From an uncultured Sphingomonadaceae bacterium (lineage in GTDB: Bacteria > Pseudomonadota > Alphaproteobacteria > Sphingomonadales > Sphingomonadaceae), in the NCBI GenBank assembly GCA_938050045.1, contig CALLJS010000004.1:7434-71433 (forward strand): a DNA stretch of 64,000 nt. The letters run 5' to 3'. The notes beneath the pieces are model-generated. The model did no database searches. It saw only the letters and a list, made by a program, of their open reading frames with translations, and had not been told where the DNA came from. Shown piece after piece: positions 9,148 to 19,265 of the stretch (within the stretch, counting starts at the first letter, position 1; each line of letters begins with the position of its first letter). Position numbers and translations under genes: made by a program.

Positions 9148-9705
9148 TCATCGTTCATTTATATTGGCTCTTGCGGCTGGCGCATAGAGGCTCTCTGCAT
9201 TAGGGTTTAAGGAATTAATCTCATAATTTAGTGCCGTTGCGAAGGTTAGCCATAATAAATAAGGTATCATCAACCAAGCCGCTAATGCTCTGATTTTTGA
9301 AAATATATAGGTTGTAGCGACTACGCATATCCAAATCAATATGATGATGTATAGCGCCGTTGTGACTTGGTGCTGTCCAAAGAATATCGGCGACCATAGC
9401 AAGTTGAGAATAAATTGCACGATGAACAGGATGATAGCCAATATTTGCAGCCTAGCGCCGCGCGCGCTGACAATCATCGCAAAGGCAAATCCGATCATAC
9501 AATATAATATCGTCCAAACGATACCGAAAATATAACCAGGGGGTTGAAAGGATGGTTTTTCGAGCATCTGATACCAGCTATTTTCCTCGCCAGAGCCAGA
9601 GACGACACCCGATAAAAACCCCAACAGCATGACGATTGGTACGATGAACAACGCCCAACGCATGAACGAGAGTCGTAATTGCGCGCGTGATGCTATTTGG
9701 CTCAT
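9148..9705 (-). CDS. tspO: TspO/MBR tryptophan-rich sensory protein
   Basis: Five TM segments. WY..L.KPSFQPPG and Trp-rich loops are characteristic of TspO. Confidence 0.85.
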   Translation of the reverse strand: MSQIASRAQLRLSFMRWALFIVPIVMLLGFLSGVVSGSGEENSWYQMLEKPSFQPPGYIFGIVWTILYCMIGFAFAMIVSARGARLQILAIILFIVQFILNLLWSPIFFGQHQVTTALYIIILIWICVVATTYIFSKIRALAAWLMIPYLLWLTFATALNYEINSLNPNAESLYAPAARANINER

Positions 9706-9927
9706 AAATTCATCTTTCGGATTTCATAATGTTCGTAAATCAACCTATCTAGCACTACATAACCATTTATCGGTTAGAATCAAATATGATTAGAGATAAA
9801 TATGATTGCAATGGGATGGTAATATTCTAGCGTCAAACGACACTCATAGCTTTTTCGCGCTTGCCCGAATTTATACTAAAGACGCATATTCTAAAGTGCA
9901 TATTCCATAGCACTATATTAATCGGAT

Positions 9928-9961
9928 ATAAAAAACCGCCCATCATGCGAAGGGCGGTTTC
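9928..9961 (-). terminator. Rho-independent terminator after the small protein/M16 peptidase operon
   Basis: Minus-strand RNA reads AAACCGCCC-loop-GGGCGGUUU followed by a U-run: a 9-bp GC-rich stem at 9933-9941 / 9952-9960. Confidence 0.75.
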
Positions 9962-9981
9962 AACAATGCTTATAATATCGA

Positions 9982-10284
9982 CTAAGCTTTGCGCGTGCCG
10001 CTTAATGCCATTGAACCAAAAGCACCTGCCTGAACTTCGCCAGAGATGGCATCGCCATCGACGCTTGCGCTGGCTTCTAATTTCATCGGCATAGGAACGG
10101 TCATATCCATGGTCCATGAGAGGCTATCGCCATCAACTTTACCATCGTTAATTTCCATTGTGCCAAGGCCGCCAGCCATTTGGCCCGTAAAGCTATCGCC
10201 GTCGCTTTGAACGGTCAAAACACCGCTTTGATCGCCCATCGGGCTTTTGATTGTTACATCATAAGAACCATCAACATTTGCCAT
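9982..10284 (-). CDS. Hypothetical 100-aa Gly/Asp/Ser-rich protein
   Basis: ORF 31 nt downstream of the peptidase gene on the same strand and followed by a terminator. No family recognised. Confidence 0.5.
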   Translation of the reverse strand: MANVDGSYDVTIKSPMGDQSGVLTVQSDGDSFTGQMAGGLGTMEINDGKVDGDSLSWTMDMTVPMPMKLEASASVDGDAISGEVQAGAFGSMALSGTRKA

Positions 10285-10315
10285 TATATTTCTCCTAAAC
10301 TGGTTTTAACTTAGC

Positions 10316-13246
10316 TTATTCACTAGCATCTTCGCCGATGATTTCAATTGGCAATCCAATTTTTTCAAGCTGAGGTTTGATTTTCGCTACGTCACCCACA
10401 ATCAACCATGTGAATTTTTCTGCATCGATATGCTTGCGAACGGCATCATTCATCTGTTGACCCGTTAATTTCTTATAACGCTCAGCCACAGTTTCGGCAT
10501 AATCAAAGGCACGGCCATTGAGTCGGTCGGTTTGCATTTGACCCAAGACGGCACCCGATGTTTCATAACGTCCTGGCAAGCTTAGCGTGTTGTTTTTTAT
10601 AACGCGGTCTAATTCCTCGGCTGTAACAGGCTTGTCGCTATTATAGGCTGCTAATTGATCTAATATAACTTGAACCGATGGGCCCGTTTGGTTGGTTTGA
10701 ACGGGTGCTGATATCATGAAAGGCGCGATATTTTCTGTTCCAACTATAAATGAACGCACGCCGTATGACCAACCTTTGGTCTCACGGAGGTCAAAATTGA
10801 TGCGCGATAAAAAGCTTCCGCCATATATTTCATTACCAGCGCGCAGATTGAATTGATCATCCTTGCCTGTTAAGCTCAATATTTGACCTGATATAATCAC
10901 AGATTGCGGTGAATTGGGTTTGTCTATGAGTAAAATTCTTGCTTTTTGCTCTGGCGATGGAACATCAAAATTTTTCGCAGGAGCTGCTTTTGTATCGGGT
11001 GCCCATGCCCCAAAACGAACGTTTAATTCTTGCTTAATTTTTTCTAAACTTGTGTCACCAACAACAAAAATTTCTGCTTTGTCGGGGTGTATCCAGCTTT
11101 TGTGGAAATTCACAATATCATCGCGGCTAATTTTGGTGACAGTCTCGCTATAACCGCTGCCCGTCAACGGTGTGCCATACGGATGCGATTTACCATAGAT
11201 AAGCGGTGGCAATGTTCGAAATGCTATTGCTTGCGGTTGACCTTCTTCGGATTTTATGCGGTTTAATGTTTGCGCGCGAACGCGCTCTAAATCTCTCTCG
11301 TTAAAGCTTGGATTTTTAATAATATCAGCCAATAAATCAAGCGAACCACCAAGGTTCACATTGACCGTTGTTAAAGATGCTGTGGTACGGTCTAAATTTG
11401 CACCAACATTGAGGTTGGCACCAAATCGCTCCATGGCTTCGGCTAATTGATTGGCGTTTAACGATGTTGTGCCTTCGTCCATCAAATTGGTCATCATGTT
11501 GGTCAGCCCTGCTTGCTCTTTTGGATCGGAAGCATAACCTGAATCAAAGCTCATAGTGACACGCACGGTTGGTACGGCATCGCGCTTTGCGAAAAATACT
11601 GTGATACCATTATCTAATGTTGTTTCTTCCACAGTCGGCAAATCGAGCGCAATTGCTTCGCCAGCATCAGGGAATTTACGGCGATCCGCTTGGAATTGCG
11701 TTGGCGCAAACACGCTAACATCGCTCTCGCTAATCGGTCTATAATTGGCGGGTTTGAGCGCGGGTGTGTCGATGGAATAAACATCGCTTTCTGATGCGAT
11801 GCGTGCTGTGATTTGTGCTGGATTTTGCGCAGATGAAATATCTTCGATTTTGCCTGCACCCACTTCTTCATAGGCTTCACGCTCGCCCGGTTCGACCCAA
11901 ATTTCCGCGACAGGGCGCGTTATCCATTTTTCCATCGCCGATTGAACGCTAGCAGGCTTCATCGCTGCTAAACGCTCTAATTCTTTTTTATAATAGTTGG
12001 AATCGCCGGCGAATAATTTGCCTCGTGCCAATGTTACGGCTTTACCGCTAAACCCTCCAATTTGCTCTAAACCGCCAATACGATTTGAAGCAGCACTTGT
12101 CGCGACGCGCTGTACTTCCTCTATGCTAGGCCCTTCGGCGATGTAATCGGCTAGGATTTCATCCAAACGCTTGGCCAATAAATCGGCATCTGCGCCTGGT
12201 TTTAAGTCCGCAATAATTTGAAATATACTGCCATGCACATAGCCTTGAACATATGCTGCTACACCGACCGCTAGACCTTCTTCGCGGACCAATATTTTGT
12301 CGAGACGCGAACTGTTAAGGCCGCCCAATGCGCGTGCCCCAACGTCGAGAGCCGTATAATCATCTTGCGCCAAACCGGGGATAATCCAACTGCGCAAAAT
12401 TCTGGTGGTTGGAACTTTATCTTTCAAAACGCTTTTTACGGGTTTATCCAATGTAGGAATAGGCAGATCAAATTTCTTTGCAGCCTTGCCCTGTTTGATA
12501 TGGCCAAACCATTTTTCTACCAATGGCTTTGCTTCTGTAGCGTTAATATCTCCCGCCAGCACCAAAATGGCATTATTGGGGCCATAATTGTCAATGAACC
12601 ATTGTTTCATATCATCCAACGATGCAGCTTCTAAATCGGCCAAAGATCCAATTGTGCTGTGCGCATAGGGATGGCCCTGTGGGTATAGCAATTTGATTTG
12701 CTCATAACTGACGAGGCCATAAGGTTGGTTGTCCCGTTGCCGTTTTTCATTCGATACTACGCCAATTTGATTGTCTAATTTCTCTTGGTTTATTGCGCCA
12801 AGCAAGTGGCCCATGCGATCGCTTTCAAGGAATAAAGCAGATTCAAGTGCGCTGGTGGGAACATTTTGGAAATAATTGGTACGGTCTAGCGATGTCGTGC
12901 CGTTCAGGCCCGTTGCACCAATTTCTGATGTATATTTGAAATAATCGCCTGGCGCGTTTTCGCTGCCGTTAAACATCAAATGTTCGAACAAATGGGCATA
13001 TCCTGTTTTGCCTTTGGGTTCATGCTTTGAACCCACATCATACCAGATAGATACAGCTACTATAGGTGCTTTGCGATCTTCATGCACGATAATGGTAAGG
13101 CCATTGTCGAGTGTAAATTCTTCGTGCGGAATATCAACTTGGGATACTAATTCAGACACTGGGGCAGGGATGCTCTGTGCGCTTGCTGGGACGGATAGCA
13201 GAGCCGCTGCTGAGACAAAAAGTAAGCTTTTGATACTGTTTCTCAT
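10316..13246 (-). CDS. Secreted two-module M16 (pitrilysin-family) zinc peptidase
   Basis: HLFEHLMF (HxxEH) zinc motif. Duplicated M16 active/inactive modules. Signal peptide MRNSIKSLLFVSAAALLSVPASA. The ATG at 13246 has a GAAGGAAA RBS, so the listed upstream extension to 13321 is unlikely. Confidence 0.9.
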   Translation of the reverse strand: MRNSIKSLLFVSAAALLSVPASAQSIPAPVSELVSQVDIPHEEFTLDNGLTIIVHEDRKAPIVAVSIWYDVGSKHEPKGKTGYAHLFEHLMFNGSENAPGDYFKYTSEIGATGLNGTTSLDRTNYFQNVPTSALESALFLESDRMGHLLGAINQEKLDNQIGVVSNEKRQRDNQPYGLVSYEQIKLLYPQGHPYAHSTIGSLADLEAASLDDMKQWFIDNYGPNNAILVLAGDINATEAKPLVEKWFGHIKQGKAAKKFDLPIPTLDKPVKSVLKDKVPTTRILRSWIIPGLAQDDYTALDVGARALGGLNSSRLDKILVREEGLAVGVAAYVQGYVHGSIFQIIADLKPGADADLLAKRLDEILADYIAEGPSIEEVQRVATSAASNRIGGLEQIGGFSGKAVTLARGKLFAGDSNYYKKELERLAAMKPASVQSAMEKWITRPVAEIWVEPGEREAYEEVGAGKIEDISSAQNPAQITARIASESDVYSIDTPALKPANYRPISESDVSVFAPTQFQADRRKFPDAGEAIALDLPTVEETTLDNGITVFFAKRDAVPTVRVTMSFDSGYASDPKEQAGLTNMMTNLMDEGTTSLNANQLAEAMERFGANLNVGANLDRTTASLTTVNVNLGGSLDLLADIIKNPSFNERDLERVRAQTLNRIKSEEGQPQAIAFRTLPPLIYGKSHPYGTPLTGSGYSETVTKISRDDIVNFHKSWIHPDKAEIFVVGDTSLEKIKQELNVRFGAWAPDTKAAPAKNFDVPSPEQKARILLIDKPNSPQSVIISGQILSLTGKDDQFNLRAGNEIYGGSFLSRINFDLRETKGWSYGVRSFIVGTENIAPFMISAPVQTNQTGPSVQVILDQLAAYNSDKPVTAEELDRVIKNNTLSLPGRYETSGAVLGQMQTDRLNGRAFDYAETVAERYKKLTGQQMNDAVRKHIDAEKFTWLIVGDVAKIKPQLEKIGLPIEIIGEDASE

Positions 13247-13557
13247 CTTTATTTCCTTCTCGTTGATTTCAAATAATACTAAAATTACGCAAATCCTATA
13301 GTCTAAACGCATTTTGTACAAGTTATTAATCTGTTCTTATATATAAGTTCATCCTCTGGTTCGACGAACGACATCTTATCAAAGACAGCCGCCAAGCATA
13401 AATTTATGCAGCATTTTTTCTCTTAATTACGATGGGTCTTTTGACCGTTTCGTTTTGCTATAAAATTTTGGTCAAGCCCTTGCGATGTATTTTTACAACA
13501 TTATCTTGGAGATAAGATATTGCATCAAAATAGACGAGCATAAAAGGAATTATCGCA

Positions 13558-16137
13558 ATGAATTTGGAAAAATTTACCGATCGGGCAAAGGGTTTTTTAC
13601 AGTCCGCACAGACCGTTGCAATCCGCATGAACCATCAGCGTATATCACCCGAACATATGTTAAAGGCCCTTCTTGAAGATGACCAAGGAATGGCCGCTGG
13701 ATTGATTCAAAAAGCAAGGGGGGATGCTAAATTAGCCCTTCAATCCGTTGATGCAGCTTTGGCCAAAATAGCCCAAGTATCGGGCAGCGGTGCGCAGCAA
13801 ACTCCCAGTTTGGACAATGATTTGGTGCGTATATTGGATACGGCGGAGCAAATAGCCGAAAAAGCAGGCGATGCCTTTGTGACGGTCGAGCGATTATTGT
13901 TGGCCATTACCCTATCGAAAACCACCCAAGCTGGCATTGCTTTGTCTGATGCCCGGCTTAGCGTCGATGCTCTCAACAGGGCGATTAATGATCTGCGCGG
14001 TGGCCGCACAGCCGATAGCGCGAGCGCAGAAGATCGCTATGATGCGCTGAAACGCTTTGCGCGCGATTTAACCAAAGTGGCCCGCGAGGGCAAGCTTGAT
14101 CCTGTGATTGGCCGTGACGAAGAAATTCGCCGTACCGTGCAAATATTGGCGCGGCGCACCAAAAATAATCCCGTGCTCATTGGCGAGCCTGGCGTTGGTA
14201 AAACCGCTATTGCAGAGGGGTTTGCCTTGCGTATTGCCAATGGCGATGTCCCAGACAGCTTGAAGGGGCGCACATTAATGTCGCTCGACATGGGGTCGCT
14301 TATCGCAGGTGCAAAATATCGCGGTGAATTTGAAGAACGATTAAAGGGCGTGCTAGATGAAGTGAAGCAAGCCGATGGCGATATTATAATGTTCATCGAT
14401 GAAATGCACACATTGGTGGGGGCTGGCAAAGGCGAGGGAGCTATGGATGCCTCGAACCTATTAAAGCCTGCATTGGCGCGCGGTGATTTGCATTGTATTG
14501 GCGCAACGACGTTGGATGAATATCAAAAACATGTTGAAAAAGACCCCGCTTTGCAGCGCCGTTTTCAACCCGTTGTGGTGGGCGAACCCACGGTCGAGGA
14601 TACAATTTCTATTTTGCGCGGCATAAAAGAAAAATATGAATTGCACCATGGCGTGCGCATCACCGATGGCGCACTGGTTTCGGCCGCGACCTTATCGCAC
14701 CGCTATATTTCGGATCGTTTTTTGCCCGACAAAGCCATTGATTTGATGGATGAAGCGGCCAGCCGTATTCGGATGGAAGTGGAATCCAAACCCGAAGAGA
14801 TTGAATCGCTTGATCGGCGGATTATTCAGCTCAAAATCGAACGCGAAGCTCTGTCCAAAGAGAGCGATGCTGCATCAAAAGACCGGTTGGAGACATTGGT
14901 GGGTGAACTTGCTAATTTGGAGCAAGAATCTTTGGAAATTACCCAACGTTGGCAGGCGGAAAAAGAGAAAATATCGGCTGAAGCAAGGGTGAAAGAAGCC
15001 CTCGACACCGCGCGTATTGCGTTAGAGCAAGCGCAGCGTAGCGGTGATTTAGCCAAGGCAGGCGAGCTGCAATATGGTACGATTCCTGATCTTGAAAAAG
15101 AGTTAGAGCAAGCCTGTGAAGCCAATGAAAATGCTATGCTGCGCGAGGAAGTTACCGACGAAGATATTGCATCGGTCGTGTCTAAATGGACGGGTATCCC
15201 TGTTGATAAAATGTTGCAAGGCGAGCGAGAGAAACTCTTGAAAATGGAAGAATGGCTCGGCAAACACGTTATCGGCCAAAGCGATGCGGTAGTAGCGGTA
15301 TCCAAAGCGGTGCGCCGCAGCCGCGCTGGTTTACAAGACCCAGGGCGGCCGCTTGGCTCTTTCCTCTTTCTCGGGCCAACAGGCGTGGGCAAGACAGAGC
15401 TTGCCAAATCGCTGGCAGCATTTTTATTTGATGATGAAAGCGCGATGCTGCGCATTGATATGTCCGAATTTATGGAAAAGCACAGCGTTGCGCGTTTGAT
15501 TGGCGCGCCTCCAGGATATGTAGGCTATGAAGAGGGCGGCACATTGACCGAGGCCGTCCGCAGGCGTCCTTATCAAGTGATATTATTTGATGAGGTTGAA
15601 AAGGCACATGGCGATATATTCAATATATTGCTGCAACTATTAGACGATGGCCGATTGACCGATGGGCAGGGGCGGGTCGTTGATTTTTCCAATACATTGA
15701 TTATTTTGACGTCCAATTTGGGCAGTCAATTTTTGGCAGAATTAGAAGATGACCAAAAAGTGAGCGATGCGCAAAGCGCAGTGATGGAAGTTGTGCGCGG
15801 ACATTTTAGACCTGAATTTCTTAACCGTTTGGATGAAATCACATTATTTCACCGTTTGGCAGCGCATCATATGGCCCCCATCGTTGAAATACAGGTCAGC
15901 CATGTTCAAAAGCTGCTTGTATCGCGTAAGATTGTCATAGACTTATCCGAAGCTGCAAAGGCATGGATAGGCCGCGTGGGCTATGACCCAGTCTATGGAG
16001 CGCGGCCATTAAAACGCGCAGTGCAGCGGCATTTGCAAGATCCGCTCGCCGATATGATATTGCGCGGAGATGTTCCCGATGGCAGTGTAGTGAGCATCGA
16101 GGAAGGCGAAGGCGAATTGAAATTTAAGGTTGATTAA
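13558..16137 (+). CDS. clpB: ClpB disaggregase (Hsp100)
   Basis: Two AAA+ modules ([16 protein letters not shown]), a middle coiled-coil, 859 aa. Confidence 0.97.
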   Translation: MNLEKFTDRAKGFLQSAQTVAIRMNHQRISPEHMLKALLEDDQGMAAGLIQKARGDAKLALQSVDAALAKIAQVSGSGAQQTPSLDNDLVRILDTAEQIAEKAGDAFVTVERLLLAITLSKTTQAGIALSDARLSVDALNRAINDLRGGRTADSASAEDRYDALKRFARDLTKVAREGKLDPVIGRDEEIRRTVQILARRTKNNPVLIGEPGVGKTAIAEGFALRIANGDVPDSLKGRTLMSLDMGSLIAGAKYRGEFEERLKGVLDEVKQADGDIIMFIDEMHTLVGAGKGEGAMDASNLLKPALARGDLHCIGATTLDEYQKHVEKDPALQRRFQPVVVGEPTVEDTISILRGIKEKYELHHGVRITDGALVSAATLSHRYISDRFLPDKAIDLMDEAASRIRMEVESKPEEIESLDRRIIQLKIEREALSKESDAASKDRLETLVGELANLEQESLEITQRWQAEKEKISAEARVKEALDTARIALEQAQRSGDLAKAGELQYGTIPDLEKELEQACEANENAMLREEVTDEDIASVVSKWTGIPVDKMLQGEREKLLKMEEWLGKHVIGQSDAVVAVSKAVRRSRAGLQDPGRPLGSFLFLGPTGVGKTELAKSLAAFLFDDESAMLRIDMSEFMEKHSVARLIGAPPGYVGYEEGGTLTEAVRRRPYQVILFDEVEKAHGDIFNILLQLLDDGRLTDGQGRVVDFSNTLIILTSNLGSQFLAELEDDQKVSDAQSAVMEVVRGHFRPEFLNRLDEITLFHRLAAHHMAPIVEIQVSHVQKLLVSRKIVIDLSEAAKAWIGRVGYDPVYGARPLKRAVQRHLQDPLADMILRGDVPDGSVVSIEEGEGELKFKVD

Positions 16138-16274
16138 GAAATAAAAAGCGCGCTGAATTTACCGTCTTATATCGGATGCGCGTGAGGTTTATTATGCTCC
16201 TAAAAAACCTGCCTTTCGGTGCGCTTGAGCTTTCTATGCTCTCGTGTGCATGCTATTATCCAGCACCCTGTTCA

Positions 16275-16348
16275 GGCCAGCTTTCGATGGCCCAGTTTCA
16301 GATGGCCCAGTTCCAGATGACCCAGCCCTAAATGATTCAGCTTCTGCT
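16275..16348. repeat. About five degenerate tandem copies of a 15-bp unit (GGCCCAGTTTCAGAT-like)
   Basis: Read directly: ggccagctttcgat / ggcccagtttcagat / ggcccagttccagat / gacccagccctaaat / gattcagcttctgct, within the 439-bp clpB-nlpD spacer. Confidence 0.85.
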
Positions 16349-16576
16349 GCCATTTGATACTGCCTCGCTATCAATATTATAAACGTCAGCTTTCCAGCGT
16401 TGGTTGGTTATAAATCTGATTGACTATATATATTATAAATCAACTATTTGTAAAATGATGCTTAATATTTCACAAATAGTTTCGATATAATGCAAGGTTG
16501 CTTATGCTGCCAATTTACGGGACTAGCTAAATGGATAAAAGCCATTTATGGTCCTATGTAATAGGAAGCAGATGCT

Positions 16577-17629
16577 ATGGATAATAAGGGCTTGTTGTTG
16601 AGTTTGACGAATAAAAACAAAAATATCGTGGCTTTACTTATGGGGATAAGTTGCGTTTCTGCGTGCATCCCAAAAGGTGCACAAGATAGCAGGATTGATG
16701 GCTCTGCACCGAGGCCTCAGTTAGAAAATGATAATATTGTCACCCAAGAACCCGATTGGAATCCATCCTCGGTCAACCGCAATGCCAATGAAGTGATTGC
16801 TGGCGAATATACCGTAAAATCAGGCGATACCTTATCAGGTATTGCCGCCAAAACAGGATCGCCGCAAAGTGAAATTGCGAGGGCCAATGGCCTTGAAGAG
16901 CCTTATCCGCTGCGTATTGGGCAGATATTGCAAATTCCTTCGGGCAAATATCATAGCGTGAATAGCGGAGAAACAGGCATTGCAATTGCGCGGGCCTATA
17001 GCGTGCCATGGAGCGAGATAGTAGCGCTCAATGATTTGCAAGCACCCTATATCTTGCGGGTTGGGCAAAGATTGCAAATACCCAATGATGGCACTGTCGA
17101 TGCGATAAAGCGCGATAAATCACCCGAAGAATGGGCCGCGAATTTTGATTTGGATATTGATGATATTGTCACCGGCGGCTCTCCTGCGATTGCCTCTAAA
17201 CCGGCTCAGGCTTCGCTGGCAGAAGCCGTCACAAGTCCTGGTAATTTTAATAGCCAATTTATCTATCCTTTGCGCGGACGGACATTATCGCGTTTTGGCA
17301 GTAAGGGCGGCGGTATCGTCAATGATGGCATTAATATTGCGGGAGCAGAAGGTGCGCCTATTGGGGCAGCGGCTGATGGCGTTGTTGTCTATAGCGGGAA
17401 TGAAATAGAAGTATTTGGCGGCCTTATATTGGTTGACCATGGCGAAGGTTGGGTGACGGCCTATGGTCATGTTGGGCAAATCAACGTGAAACGTGGTCAA
17501 AAGGTTAAAGCAGGACAAAATATTGGCCAAGTCGGACAAACAGGCTATGTGGATCGTCCGCAATTACATTTTGAGATTCGAAAAGACCGTAAACCTATTG
17601 ATCCGATAACGAAATTGCCCAACAATTGA
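16577..17629 (+). CDS. LysM-domain M23 peptidase lipoprotein (NlpD-like)
   Basis: Lipobox VSAC. Two LysM repeats (YTVKSGDTLSGIA, HSVNSGETGIAIA). M23 motifs HGEGWVTAYGH and LHFEIR. Confidence 0.9.
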   Translation: MDNKGLLLSLTNKNKNIVALLMGISCVSACIPKGAQDSRIDGSAPRPQLENDNIVTQEPDWNPSSVNRNANEVIAGEYTVKSGDTLSGIAAKTGSPQSEIARANGLEEPYPLRIGQILQIPSGKYHSVNSGETGIAIARAYSVPWSEIVALNDLQAPYILRVGQRLQIPNDGTVDAIKRDKSPEEWAANFDLDIDDIVTGGSPAIASKPAQASLAEAVTSPGNFNSQFIYPLRGRTLSRFGSKGGGIVNDGINIAGAEGAPIGAAADGVVVYSGNEIEVFGGLILVDHGEGWVTAYGHVGQINVKRGQKVKAGQNIGQVGQTGYVDRPQLHFEIRKDRKPIDPITKLPNN

Positions 17630-17639
17630 GTCGCAACTT

Positions 17640-18674
17640 ATGAGTGCACAATATAAACGGATTGGCGAATTTGCCACTTTGAGACGTAAGTCAAACGTAC
17701 CTATCTGGGTTGATATACTGGTGCGGGTGGGGTTTGTGCTGGCGCTTATCACCATGGCAATCATGGTACATTGGCTCGACAGGACGGGCCTTCAAGATAG
17801 TTATGACGGCGAAGTAAGCTTTTTAGACGTTGTTTATTTCACTATGATATCTATCACAACAACAGGATATGGCGATATTGCGCCCGTTACCGAGCGCGCG
17901 CGAATGTTTGATGCGCTGGTGGTGACACCAATTCGTGTTTTTGTGGTTCTAATTTTCCTTGGAACGGCTTATAATTTTGTGCTGAAACGCACTTGGGACA
18001 GGTGGCAGATGAAATTAAATCAGAGAAATTTACGCGATCATATCATTGTTTTTGGCTTTGGGGTCAGCGGTTCAGAAGCGGTGAAAGAGCTTATCGCGCG
18101 CGGCGAAAACACCAAAGATATTGTGGTTGTGGATACCAATGATACCGAACTAAAAGGCGCCGAAGCATTGGGATGTTATGTTTATTGCGCCGATGGTACG
18201 CGCGATGAAACGCTCAAAAATCTGAAAATTGATAAAGCATCATCGGTGATCGTTTCGGCGGGACGCGATGATACGTCAATTTTGATTGTTCTTACCGTGC
18301 GCCATTTGGCCCCGAAATTACCGATAAGCGTCGTTGTGCGCGCATCGGATAATGAATTTTTGGCGCGTCAAGCGGGGGCGGATAATGTCATTAATCCTGT
18401 GAATTTTGCTGGATTATTGCTGGCGGGTTCATGCCATGGTGAACATGTTTCTGATTATATTTCGGACCTTGCCTCGGTCAATGGCCGTGTCATGCTGCAC
18501 GAACGCTTGGTGCAAGAATCCGAAGTTGGGCATCCGCTTAGAGGTCTATCATCAGGCGTAGGCGTGCGCCTTTATCGCAATGGCAAGCCTTATGGCTATT
18601 GGGAAGCCCCCGCACAGGCTATGAAAGCGGGCGACATGATTGTCGAGATTGTCCCTGGCAATGGCAATGGATGA
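17640..18674 (+). CDS. Two-TM potassium channel with cytoplasmic RCK/TrkA-N domain
   Basis: Selectivity filter TTTGYGD. RCK Rossmann motif IIVFGFGVSG. Confidence 0.9.
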   Translation: MSAQYKRIGEFATLRRKSNVPIWVDILVRVGFVLALITMAIMVHWLDRTGLQDSYDGEVSFLDVVYFTMISITTTGYGDIAPVTERARMFDALVVTPIRVFVVLIFLGTAYNFVLKRTWDRWQMKLNQRNLRDHIIVFGFGVSGSEAVKELIARGENTKDIVVVDTNDTELKGAEALGCYVYCADGTRDETLKNLKIDKASSVIVSAGRDDTSILIVLTVRHLAPKLPISVVVRASDNEFLARQAGADNVINPVNFAGLLLAGSCHGEHVSDYISDLASVNGRVMLHERLVQESEVGHPLRGLSSGVGVRLYRNGKPYGYWEAPAQAMKAGDMIVEIVPGNGNG

Positions 18675-18727
18675 AGTCTCAGGAATCATAGATTTTGCTC
18701 TGCCTTATTGGGCTGTTAGCAACGATA

Positions 18728-19132
18728 CTATAAATAAGCATGCACAGCACCCATAGCGATATAGAATAATATCCAATATCCAGCGTCGATAAAGAATAGG
18801 GTTTTGCTCTTTTGCGAAAATAGATAATTGGTGCCAATCGCTGGAACGATAAAGCCAATGGCCACGCCCAATGCTGTTAATATTTTGACGGCTGCGCTTA
18901 AATCATCATAGGTCGCAAATGTGTGGGCCATCGTCCATGACGCGAGCAAGCTGAATGCGAATGCTCCGCCATAAATTGCAAGCATATTAGCTTCTTTGAT
19001 TTGCGCTTCGCTAAGGCCCACTGCGCCCATCCATTTTTTGCCCATTATCGGGCCATACCAAATACCGCCAACCATGAAGCCAGCCAATGCACCCACGATT
19101 ACCGCGACCCAATTTACGTCAAATATATTCAT
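18728..19132 (-). CDS. DUF1761-like membrane protein
   Basis: Four TM segments. The ATG at 19132 is preceded by AAGGGGAGAGAG. The listed start at 19153 is a GTG with no RBS. Confidence 0.6.
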   Translation of the reverse strand: MNIFDVNWVAVIVGALAGFMVGGIWYGPIMGKKWMGAVGLSEAQIKEANMLAIYGGAFAFSLLASWTMAHTFATYDDLSAAVKILTALGVAIGFIVPAIGTNYLFSQKSKTLFFIDAGYWILFYIAMGAVHAYL

Positions 19133-19265
19133 AATCTCTCTCCCCTTAATCACTATCTAGTCGCTATGCTTTAATATCAAAGATGAAGAATCGTCAATAA
19201 AGCAGAACAATACGGTATAATTGATTGGTGACTTAAACGATTTTTGCCGATAAAGGGCTATGCTT

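Noticed and set aside
13358-13364. GGTTCGA T-loop-like motif suggesting a tRNA
   Set aside because: The flanking bases cannot form a T-stem or an acceptor stem. No cloverleaf could be built by eye.
13441-13557. Heat-shock (sigma-32) promoter upstream of clpB
   Set aside because: Only a weak CTTG-N17-ATTATCT resemblance is present, which I cannot support without a position weight matrix or start-site data.
14826-15455. 209-aa ORF antisense to clpB
   Set aside because: It lies entirely inside the well-supported clpB frame. Its Ser/Ala/Arg-rich composition is typical of antisense translation. The same reasoning applies to the other antisense ORFs in clpB (13740-14009, 14037-14429).
16275-16348. 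Possibility that the 15-bp arrays (also at 28219-28278 and 45688-45732) are CRISPR arrays
   Set aside because: The units are directly adjacent with no spacers, are far shorter than CRISPR repeats, and there are no cas genes in the window.
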